Shown here piece by piece: positions 17,250-24,135 of a stretch of 24,135 bases of DNA. Position numbers and translations under genes: made by a program. Source of the stretch: a virus (Duplodnaviria; Caudoviricetes); the IMG/VR virus record IMGVR_UViG_3300032295_000612, positions 1 through 24,135 of that record, one strand, 5' to 3'. A model generated the notes under the pieces. That model saw only the letters and a program-made list of their open reading frames with translations, had not been told where the DNA came from and made no database searches. Within the stretch, counting starts at the first letter, position 1. Each line of letters opens with the position of its first letter.

Positions 17250-19556
17250 GTGAAAGATTTCGTAGAGCATCTTACCAGACTTGCCCCCGAGGGGGAAACT
17301 TTTTTGCTGGTGCGGCAAAAACCCCAGTTCAGGGAGGGCGAGATGCAGCTCCACCCCAACGGGGCTATCAAGGCCACATGGCCTGCCATGCTGCCCACGG
17401 CCAAGGTCAAGCCCGAGTGGGCCATTTACGGCAACACCGCCAGCTTTATCATCGACCGCTTCAAAGATGGCCACCCCAGCGCCAGCGCCGCCGCGTGCGA
17501 GTATGTGCTGGTGATGGTGCTGGACGACGTGGGTGACCCTGACAAAGCCCCCAACGTCCCGCCGCTTGAGCCGACATGGAAGATCGAGACCAGCCCCGGT
17601 TCGTTCCAGTGGGGTTATGTGTTCAGCGAGCAGCCCACCAAAGCCGAGTTCAGCGCGGCTATCGCTGCCATTGCCGAGGCGGGTTACACCGACAAAGGCG
17701 CGATCAACGCTGTGCGTAATTTCCGCATCCCCGGCTCGATTAACTTAAAGCCTGGCCGCGATAAATTCGCCGCCCAGCTGCGCGAGTTCAAGCCCGAGCG
17801 TGACTTCACCCTCGAGCAGATCTGCGCCGCCTTGAACGTGACGCCTGGCGAAGCCGAGGACGCCTACCGCCCGATTCGTATTTCGGACGACGGCACTGAC
17901 GATGTGATGGTGTGGCTGTCCGACAACGGTATGCTGCTGTCCAAGCCCAACCAAGAGGGCTGGGCCGGTATCACTTGCCCCAACAGCGCCCAGCACACCG
18001 ATGGCAACCCCGAGGGCCGCTACCTGCCTGCCAGCCGCGCCTTTTGCTGTTTGCACTCACACTGCACCGAGCTGGATTCGTCTGTGTTTCTGCAATGGGT
18101 GGCCGACAATGGTGGCCCCAAGCACACCCCCGGCCTGCGTGAGGAACTGCTGGTCGCTGCAATGGAGGGCGCTCTCAGTAAGTTGGCCCCGACACCCCAA
18201 TACCCTGATGCCGCAGCCGCTATCGTGGCCGAGGTGGAGCGCAAAGAGCTGGGCCGTGTCGAAAAAGAGGGCTGGTATGAGCGTTTCGCCTATGTGCAGT
18301 CAGATGACGGTTACTTTGACATGATCGACCGCCGTTCTCTGTCGCGGGGTGCGTTTAACGCTACTTTTCGGCACGTCTCTTGCAAATCAATCCACACCCT
18401 GCGTAAGATTGAAGCGTCGATCTGCTATGACGAGAACAGGCAAGAAAAAGGCGCTCACGTCTTGGCTGGCCTGACCTATGCAGCGGGCGAGACGATCCTT
18501 TGCGCTCGTGATGGGCTTGTCTATGGCAATCAGTGGCGCGATGCGCGGCCTGATGTGTCCGGCGTGTCGCCCACTGGCGTTGAGCGTTGGCTTGACCATG
18601 TTGAGCGCCTGTTGCCTGACGACCGCGAGCGTCAGCACGTCCTTGACGTTATGGCGTTCAAGGTGCAGCACCCTAGCAAGAAGATCAACCACGCTGTTTT
18701 GCACATTGGCGTACCTGGCGCGGGTAAGGACTTGATGTGGCTCCCTATGCAGTGGGCCATTGATGGTGGCACTTCGCTCAACGTGGAGAACATTCAAAAC
18801 GCCGACATCATGAGCCAGTGGGGTTACTCTTATGAGCGCGAGATGCTGGTTTTCCAAGAGTTGCGCCAAGCCGAAGCCCGTGACCGTAGGGCGCTTGAGA
18901 ACCACCTGAAACCTATCATCGCCGCCCCTCCCGAGTACCTGACCGTGAACCGCAAGGGCCAGCACCCCTACCAAGCCCTGAACCGCCTGTTCGTGCTGGC
19001 GTTTTCCAATGAGTCGATCCCTATCACGCTGCCCTCAGATGATCGGCGCTGGTTCGTGGTGCGCTCGGCTGTTGGCCGCATGGGCTTGGGTGAGGGCAAA
19101 CAGTTGTTTGACTGGTATCACGCTGGCGGCTTTGCTTGTGTCGCGGCTTGGTTGCACCAGCGTGACGTGTCAGCGTTCAACCCTGGTGAGTCGCCCTTCA
19201 TGACTGACGCAAAATCCATCATGATCGAGTCGGGCATGAGTGGCGCTGAGTCGTTCTTGACTGAGTTGATGCGTGCGCGTTCGGGCGAGTTCAATGCTGG
19301 CGCTGTGGGTGGCCCGTGGCAGGCGCTGTGTGACCGTTTGACGGGCCAAGCCCCTCAGGGTATGAAGTTACCCGTGGCGGCGCTGATGCACGCTTTCCGT
19401 GAGGCTGGCTGGGTTGACATGGGTTTGCTCAAGTCAAGGGCCAACACCACTAAGAAGCACATTTACGCTGCACCGGACATGGTTAACAAAACCCGGTCAG
19501 AGTTGCGCGATCTGGTGCAACCTGAAAATAAAACGACCCTCATGAGGGTCAAATGA
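17250..19556 (+). CDS. Primase-helicase: RepB-like primase, Zn-binding segment and SF3 (DUF5906/D5-like) helicase
   Basis: 'VLDDVG...WKIETSPGSFQWGY' and 'RNFRIPGSIN' (RepB-type primase); CPxxxxH...CxHxHC; Walker A GVPGAGKD; 'AFSN', 'DDRRWFV'. GTG start with AAGGAG RBS. Confidence 0.88.
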   Translation: MKDFVEHLTRLAPEGETFLLVRQKPQFREGEMQLHPNGAIKATWPAMLPTAKVKPEWAIYGNTASFIIDRFKDGHPSASAAACEYVLVMVLDDVGDPDKAPNVPPLEPTWKIETSPGSFQWGYVFSEQPTKAEFSAAIAAIAEAGYTDKGAINAVRNFRIPGSINLKPGRDKFAAQLREFKPERDFTLEQICAALNVTPGEAEDAYRPIRISDDGTDDVMVWLSDNGMLLSKPNQEGWAGITCPNSAQHTDGNPEGRYLPASRAFCCLHSHCTELDSSVFLQWVADNGGPKHTPGLREELLVAAMEGALSKLAPTPQYPDAAAAIVAEVERKELGRVEKEGWYERFAYVQSDDGYFDMIDRRSLSRGAFNATFRHVSCKSIHTLRKIEASICYDENRQEKGAHVLAGLTYAAGETILCARDGLVYGNQWRDARPDVSGVSPTGVERWLDHVERLLPDDRERQHVLDVMAFKVQHPSKKINHAVLHIGVPGAGKDLMWLPMQWAIDGGTSLNVENIQNADIMSQWGYSYEREMLVFQELRQAEARDRRALENHLKPIIAAPPEYLTVNRKGQHPYQALNRLFVLAFSNESIPITLPSDDRRWFVVRSAVGRMGLGEGKQLFDWYHAGGFACVAAWLHQRDVSAFNPGESPFMTDAKSIMIESGMSGAESFLTELMRARSGEFNAGAVGGPWQALCDRLTGQAPQGMKLPVAALMHAFREAGWVDMGLLKSRANTTKKHIYAAPDMVNKTRSELRDLVQPENKTTLMRVK

Positions 19557-19584
19557 AGAAGGGCCCGTTAAGGGCCCTTTTTTA
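19557..19584. terminator. Bidirectional intrinsic terminator between convergent operons
   Basis: AAGGGCCC-GTTAA-GGGCCCTT followed by a T-run on the + strand and TTCTT on the - strand; lies at the primase / early-operon junction. Confidence 0.8.
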
Positions 19585-19638
19585 TATCTTCAATAGGACT
19601 GCAAGCAGCGCGGCAACTACTGCCGCCAGTGCCATCAT
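19582..19638 (-). CDS. 18-aa hydrophobic micropeptide (not in ORF track)
   Basis: MMALAAVVAALLAVLLKI*; ATGA-coupled to the upstream ORF; stop abuts the terminator. Confidence 0.45.
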   Translation of the reverse strand: MMALAAVVAALLAVLLKI

Positions 19639-19814
19639 AGTGGGGCCCCCGGCAATTGCTCACGCTGCTGCTTGGCGTGTTCGCGCTCTTGCGCGGGTGT
19701 CCAAGGTGTTGGGCCGGATGGTGGCGGGAATGGCCATCGCAATGCGTGCAAGGCGTGCGCGATGGTGGGGTGGGTGTTGGGTTCCAAGTCGAGGTCGTCA
19801 CGCCAACTGCTCAT
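19635..19814 (-). CDS. Hypothetical 59-aa Pro/Trp-rich protein (not in ORF track)
   Basis: MSSWRDDLDLEPNTHPTIAHALHALRWPFPPPSGPTPWTPAQ...; GGGGGTG RBS; ATGA overlaps at both ends. Confidence 0.65.
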   Translation of the reverse strand: MSSWRDDLDLEPNTHPTIAHALHALRWPFPPPSGPTPWTPAQEREHAKQQREQLPGAPL

Positions 19815-20008
19815 AATTCACCCCCATACGCCCGATCATGTTTGGCGGCGCGGAGGTCAATTTGGCACTGTTCGAGTTCTTCGGTGAGTGATTCGTTTGC
19901 CGCCTCAAGTTCAGCGATGCGGGCGAACAGTTCAGCCGCCATCGTGAAGCCCTCAGCGTATGCGATGCGCTCGGCATCACTGGCGGGGAGTTTGAGTAAG
20001 TCGATCAT
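19811..20008 (-). CDS. Hypothetical acidic coiled-coil protein
   Basis: 65 aa, AAGGA RBS. Confidence 0.7.
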   Translation of the reverse strand: MIDLLKLPASDAERIAYAEGFTMAAELFARIAELEAANESLTEELEQCQIDLRAAKHDRAYGGEL

Positions 20009-20011
20009 GGT

Positions 20012-20206
20012 TTAATCCTTTTCTGGCGTGATGGTCACGGATTTAAACCCATATGTAATGGTTAATTCTTCGCCTTGTTCGAGTGTTTTGCGAAAGTTTG
20101 CGATCTGCCCTTGACCGAAATAAATCATGGTCGCAGCGCGGCACAATGCGCCCTCATAGGTGTCTGATACAAATTTTCCATTGTTTCCATCAATAAAATA
20201 TTTCAT
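20012..20206 (-). CDS. Hypothetical protein
   Basis: 64 aa, AAGGAG RBS, AT-rich. Confidence 0.7.
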   Translation of the reverse strand: MKYFIDGNNGKFVSDTYEGALCRAATMIYFGQGQIANFRKTLEQGEELTITYGFKSVTITPEKD

Positions 20207-20224
20207 GGTGTTTGCTCCTTTGGT

Positions 20225-20515
20225 TTAACGTAATTCACGGGCGGGAATGTGTCCATGCTCAAGCATGAACTCAGCGACTGTCAGATTTTTGGCCTTGTAG
20301 GTGTCGCCGAACTTGGTGAAGCACGAATAGACCGCTTCGCCTTGGCTGTTGTGGTTCGATGCTTCGCCAACTAAAAAATTGTGCCCAATCATCTTTTCTG
20401 GCGGCAAAACTTCCAGCATTTGCCAATACATGGCTTCGGTGGTGGGAATCCAGGCGTTTGGATTCGCGTCCATTGCATCCCAAAGGGCTTGCCATTCGAG
20501 GGGTGTATTGCTCAT
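20225..20515 (-). CDS. Hypothetical protein (possibly DUF1419-like)
   Basis: 96 aa from ATG 20515 (ATGA overlap); 'YWQMLEVLPP...FLVGEA' motif. Confidence 0.65.
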   Translation of the reverse strand: MSNTPLEWQALWDAMDANPNAWIPTTEAMYWQMLEVLPPEKMIGHNFLVGEASNHNSQGEAVYSCFTKFGDTYKAKNLTVAEFMLEHGHIPARELR

Positions 20516-20763
20516 TGCAGGCCCCCTGTCCAGACTGTGCCCAAGTCGCCCCAAACTTTCCAAGACTCAAGGACATTGGACTTATAGCGGGGTTTGGTGG
20601 TGCGAATGTTGATGTAGCGCATCTCCGAGCGATTGTGCGCTGCCCGTTCGATTTGTTCAGCTTGTTGCCAAGTCTCACATTCGATGATCAGTTTATTGGT
20701 CTTGCCTTGGGCAGCGCCCCAGCCTGACATAAATTTGTCGGTCATGGTTACATAGTATTTCAT
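20512..20763 (-). CDS. Hypothetical early phage protein
   Basis: 83 aa 'YVTMTDKFMSGWG...'; AAGGA RBS. Confidence 0.75.
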   Translation of the reverse strand: MKYYVTMTDKFMSGWGAAQGKTNKLIIECETWQQAEQIERAAHNRSEMRYINIRTTKPRYKSNVLESWKVWGDLGTVWTGGLQ

Positions 20764-20777
20764 GGTGTCAGTCCTTT

Positions 20778-20963
20778 TCAGTTGGGGTAGTTTTTGCAGA
20801 AAAATTGGTTGTCAAACTGGTCTATGTAATAGGTGTTTTCTTGACCAATGTCAGTCACCCAAATGGTGCCGAGGGACAGCCAGATATCGGCTGTCTTTTC
20901 TTCAATCTCGGTGATCTTGGGCAGTGTTGAGGTGTAGGTGGCGCGGTGGCGGTTAAGGTACAT
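20778..20963 (-). CDS. Hypothetical protein
   Basis: 61 aa from ATG 20963 with GGAG RBS. Confidence 0.6.
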   Translation of the reverse strand: MYLNRHRATYTSTLPKITEIEEKTADIWLSLGTIWVTDIGQENTYYIDQFDNQFFCKNYPN

Positions 20964-20967
20964 GATG

Positions 20968-21057
20968 TCAAGCTCCATAGAAATAGAAAAAGGCGGCGAA
21001 CGGTGCAGCGATGCACGCTGCGAAAAGCAGGGCGTCAAGGATTTCGGATAGTTTCAT
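20968..21057 (-). CDS. 29-aa membrane micropeptide (not in ORF track)
   Basis: MKLSEILDALLFAACIAAPFAAFFYFYGA*; GAGG RBS; ATGA coupling. Confidence 0.6.
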   Translation of the reverse strand: MKLSEILDALLFAACIAAPFAAFFYFYGA

Positions 21058-21221
21058 TTTTGGGCCTCTTTGATGTTGCGGTTAAGTTGTTGCAAGTATT
21101 GAAGCGCGGGGATCGCCTCATACAAACGGGCGTTGACCGCCTTCGCGGTGTTTTCGTTGAACGTCTCAAACACCGCTGCGCGGGTTGCTTTGTTGACGAT
21201 GATCCAAGATGCGGTTTTCAT
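21054..21221 (-). CDS. Hypothetical 55-aa protein (not in ORF track)
   Basis: MKTASWIIVNKATRAAVFETFNENTAKAVN...; ATGA overlaps at both ends. Confidence 0.7.
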   Translation of the reverse strand: MKTASWIIVNKATRAAVFETFNENTAKAVNARLYEAIPALQYLQQLNRNIKEAQK

Positions 21222-21430
21222 ACGTTCACCGCCTTTGCAAAGTTAGGCTTAGTACCAGGAACGAACCCGGCAATGCGGAACGAATGAAACCCGGCGGCGC
21301 TGGCGGCGGCTTTGACGGCTTCTACGTTTTGCGCGGCTTTGTCTGTTACGGGAAAACATGCAAGCAAGTCTTCCATGTAGTCGCGGGTCTCGCCTTTTGG
21401 TAGGCCGTAAATCAAGATTTCTTTGCTCAT
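21218..21430 (-). CDS. Hypothetical protein, first gene of the early operon
   Basis: 70 aa, AAGGT RBS, immediately downstream of a near-consensus promoter. Confidence 0.7.
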   Translation of the reverse strand: MSKEILIYGLPKGETRDYMEDLLACFPVTDKAAQNVEAVKAAASAAGFHSFRIAGFVPGTKPNFAKAVNV

Positions 21431-21442
21431 ATACAGTACCTT

Positions 21443-21927
21443 TGTGGGTGGTTGGTTGTTGATGTATCTAGTGTAAGTGATTTCCGCCCACTGTCAAGCG
21501 TTTCATGTAAAAGAACTTGTAACAGTTTGTAACAGGCGTTTGTGGGTGAATGTGAGCGTTGGGGGGTGGCGGCGTTGCCGATCAATGGGGAACGCTTGAG
21601 GCCTTATGCAATAAGCGTTTGGCTAGCTTGTGGGTTATTGTGAGTTATGGTTTTCTAGTTTACTGAAAAGTTATATTGTTATAAATACTGTAAGCGTATC
21701 CGTAGGATTAAAGCGGCGCTGCGATTTAAAACGGCGCTCAAACTGCCCACAACCACCCACACTTTGCACCCGCGCCTCTTTCCCCCTCGCATTTATGTAT
21801 GCGTTCACTGACTTCAAAACAATGACCCACAATGACTCACGCATAAAGTTTATACAGTGGTGGATGGGCATACAGTAGTGGCATGAAGCGGCGTGCTGAC
21901 TGGCGTGAGCAGTCACCATAACCCACA
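21443..21927. repeat. Convergent heptamer (iteron-like) array flanking an AT-rich core; candidate replication origin
   Basis: TGTG(G/A)G(T/C) on + at 21443, 21541, 21551, 21629 and 21639; reverse-complement copies at 21745, 21755, 21825, 21835 (one mismatch) and 21921. Confidence 0.7.
21470..21497 (-). promoter_or_regulatory. Strong sigma70-type early promoter
   Basis: On the - strand: TTGACA (21497-21492)-N16-TACACT (21475-21470), about 40 nt upstream of the first early ATG. Confidence 0.7.
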
Positions 21928-21998
21928 CTTAACATAAGACATTTTTGCTAGAGGGGGGTGGGGTAGGGCCGGGCGATGGGCCAGTCGGTAGCGTAGCG

Positions 21999-22032
21999 TT
22001 CACGAACAATTTTTTATTTTTTAATATAAGAT
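21999..22032 (+). promoter_or_regulatory. Possible late/terminase promoter
   Basis: TTCACG-N17-TAATAT (alternatively TAAGAT at 22027) with a T-tract spacer, upstream of terS. Confidence 0.4.
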
Positions 22033-22062
22033 GCACGCACGCATCCACGCGGCCATACACAT

Positions 22063-22518
22063 ATGAGTTTCCATTCACTGCCACTTGTCATCAACGAAAT
22101 ACGCGCCACAGAAGCGGTGCTTAACCGCATCTATGACGCAGCCAAGCTCGGGTTGAAGGGCGACAACCTGGCGCTCGCAGCAGGCATGGTGCCCACCGCC
22201 TACCGGCAGTTGTGCGAGTTGGATAGAGTGGCGCAGTTGGCCGAACAAAAAGGCCGCGCCGACGGGGAGCTGCTGGCGTCTAAGCAGTTGCACAAAGCAG
22301 CCGAAGAGGGCGACGCTAAGGCAGCACTGGCTATCCTGCAAAACGTCCACGGCTGGGTGGCCAAGCAGGCCATCACAGTCGATGTCAACCAACAGATCAG
22401 TATTCTTGGTGCGCTGGCCGAAGCCGAGCGCCGAGCAGCAGACGTGGTGGACGTTATTGCCCACGAACCGCAACCAGCACTGCAAGCGCGGCTGGCCCCA
22501 CATAAACAAAGCGCCTGA
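22063..22518 (+). CDS. terS: Terminase small subunit (probable)
   Basis: 151 aa helical protein with an HTH-like N-terminal part and 'GDAKAALAILQNVHGW'; stop overlaps the terL start (TGATG). Confidence 0.7.
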   Translation: MSFHSLPLVINEIRATEAVLNRIYDAAKLGLKGDNLALAAGMVPTAYRQLCELDRVAQLAEQKGRADGELLASKQLHKAAEEGDAKAALAILQNVHGWVAKQAITVDVNQQISILGALAEAERRAADVVDVIAHEPQPALQARLAPHKQSA

Positions 22519-24044
22519 TGCAAACCACCATCTATTCTGCTGAAGACGAACAAGAGTTGATGGCCAGGCTCTGGTCACCACAGTACAAGGACAACCCACT
22601 GGCGTTTGTGCTGTACACGTTCCCGTGGGGCGTCAAGGGCACGCCGCTGGAACACTTCAACGGACCGCGCAAATGGCAGCGCGAGGTGCTTCAGCAGATC
22701 GGCGACCACATCAAGCAGAACAAAGGCAAGCTGGACTTCAACACCCTACGCCACGCAGTCTCATCAGGACGCGGTATTGGCAAGTCGGCGTTGGTCTCAT
22801 GGATCGTGATTTGGATGCTGTCTACACGCATCGGCTCTACTACCATCGTGTCGGCTAACTCAGAAAGCCAATTACGGTCGATCACATGGGCCGAGATTAC
22901 CAAGTGGCTGGCTATGTCACTGAACAGCCATTGGTTCGAAGTGAGCGCCACCAGGCTGATGCCAGCCAAGTGGCTGACCGAGCTGGTCGAGCGCGACCTG
23001 AAGAAGGGCACACGTTACTGGGGCGTCGAGGGGCGGCTGTGGTCAGCCGAGAACCCAGACGCCTACGCGGGTGTCCACAACTTTGACGGCGTGATGGTGA
23101 TCTTCGATGAGGCCAGCGGTATTGACGACGCCATCTGGGCGGTGACGGCTGGTTTCTTTACAGAAAACACACCGAACCGCTTCTGGCTGGCGTTTTCTAA
23201 CCCACGGCGCAACACCGGGTACTTCTACGAGACGTTTCACAGCAAGCGTGAGTTCTGGCAAACCAAGGTGGTGGACGCCAGGACGGTAGAAGGCACGGAC
23301 AAGGCTGTGTACCAGAACATCATTGACGAGTATGGCCCTGACTCAAGCCAGGCTCACGTTGAGGTTTACGGGCAGTTTCCCAATGCTGGCGATGACCAGT
23401 TTATTCCGTCAAACATTGTGGATGAGGCGATGAGCAGGGCCAAGTACAAGGATCAGACAGCGCCCATCATTGTGGGGGTTGACCCAGCACGCTTTGGCGC
23501 CGATGCCACGGTGATTGCTATTCGCCAAGGCCGAGACATTGTGAGAATTGACCGGCACAGGGGTGATGACACGATGACGGTGGTGGGGCACATCATTGAG
23601 GCCATCGAGGAGTTCAAGCCTGCCCTAGTTGTCATCGACGAGGGAGGTCTTGGCGCTGGCATCGTGGACCGGCTGAAAGAGCAACGCTACAAGATCAAGG
23701 GTGTCAACTTTGGCAACAAGAGTTCGAACCCCATCATGTATGGCAATAAACGTGCTGAGATGTGGGGCAAGATGAAGGACTGGCTGAGATCTGCCAGTAT
23801 TCCCAAAGACAGGTTCTTGAAGACTGATTTGGTTTCGCCTATGATCAAGCCAGATTCTAGGGGTACAATTTTCTTGGAGAGCAAGAAGGACATGAAAGCA
23901 AGAGGCCTTGCATCGCCTGATGCGGCAGATGCTATTTGTGTGACTTTTGCGTTTCCTGTGGCTCATAGAGAGTACACTGAGCAACCACTCACTAGGCGCA
24001 ACGCTCAAAACGGTGCTGCCACAAATTCATGGATGGGTTCGTGA
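22518..24044 (+). CDS. terL: Terminase large subunit
   Basis: Walker A SGRGIGKS, Walker B VIFDEASG, coupling motif FSNP; RNase H-like nuclease with GVDPARFGAD, VIDEGG and SPDAADA. Confidence 0.95.
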   Translation: MQTTIYSAEDEQELMARLWSPQYKDNPLAFVLYTFPWGVKGTPLEHFNGPRKWQREVLQQIGDHIKQNKGKLDFNTLRHAVSSGRGIGKSALVSWIVIWMLSTRIGSTTIVSANSESQLRSITWAEITKWLAMSLNSHWFEVSATRLMPAKWLTELVERDLKKGTRYWGVEGRLWSAENPDAYAGVHNFDGVMVIFDEASGIDDAIWAVTAGFFTENTPNRFWLAFSNPRRNTGYFYETFHSKREFWQTKVVDARTVEGTDKAVYQNIIDEYGPDSSQAHVEVYGQFPNAGDDQFIPSNIVDEAMSRAKYKDQTAPIIVGVDPARFGADATVIAIRQGRDIVRIDRHRGDDTMTVVGHIIEAIEEFKPALVVIDEGGLGAGIVDRLKEQRYKIKGVNFGNKSSNPIMYGNKRAEMWGKMKDWLRSASIPKDRFLKTDLVSPMIKPDSRGTIFLESKKDMKARGLASPDAADAICVTFAFPVAHREYTEQPLTRRNAQNGAATNSWMGS

Positions 24045-24135
24045 TGGCAACGAAAAAAAGTGTTTCCCTCTCTGTCGGTCGTGGCGAGAAACTGCCTGCG
24101 TCCAAGGGTGCTGGCTTGACTGAAAAAGGCCGCGC
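24044..24135 (+). CDS. 5' end of a small basic phage protein (possibly DUF6321-like), partial
   Basis: MATKKSVSLSVGRGEKLPASKGAGLTEKGR...; TGATG overlap with terL; runs off the window. Confidence 0.6.
   Translation, partial: MATKKSVSLSVGRGEKLPASKGAGLTEKGR

Noticed and set aside
19535-19550. Perfect 16-bp palindrome GACCCTCATGAGGGTC at the primase 3' end
   Set aside because: Single copy inside coding sequence. About 0.4 such palindromes are expected by chance in 24 kb (24,000 x 4^-8).
19568-19801. 77-aa - strand ORF from the track, and alternative + strand ORFs at 19553-20015
   Set aside because: Other frames (19635-19814 and 19582-19638) tile with ATGA coupling, and the first has an RBS; these track ORFs have no such support.
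21630-21928. 82-aa and 85-aa ORFs in the control region
   Set aside because: No RBS, atypical composition, and they overlie the symmetric repeat array; treated as non-coding.

Overview
This window is a large, gene-dense part of a tailed dsDNA phage genome with podovirus-like, P22-type tail and ejection genes and an APSE-like PolA replication module. No host genes are visible. Gene order: (1) + strand late genes, comprising the gp4-like adaptor 3' end, gp10-like tail hub, needle/knob-like protein, three ejection-type proteins and a lysis cassette with GH108 endolysin and 3TM holin (1-8560). (2) A - strand block of small ORFs, SNF2-like helicase and VRR-NUC nuclease (8544-12470). (3) A divergent promoter, then + strand Cas4-like/DUF2800 exonuclease, probable SSB, family A DNA polymerase, a PAPS-reductase-family PP-loop protein and a RepB-type primase-SF3 helicase (12557-19556). 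(4) A - strand early operon of tiny ORFs (19582-21430). (5) A ~630 bp non-coding control region, then small and large terminase (22063-24044). The most notable unexplained signals are a mirror-symmetric array of ten TGTG(G/A)G(T/C)-type heptamers around an AT-rich core (candidate replication origin), a structured RNA with a loop-E-like GAA/AGUA motif directly upstream of polA, and a PP-loop/Cys-rich enzyme lacking the CysH catalytic tail that is translationally coupled to polA (candidate DNA or nucleotide modification). Several unlisted membrane micropeptide ORFs are also present. All protein calls come from motif recognition and synteny; no database search was run.
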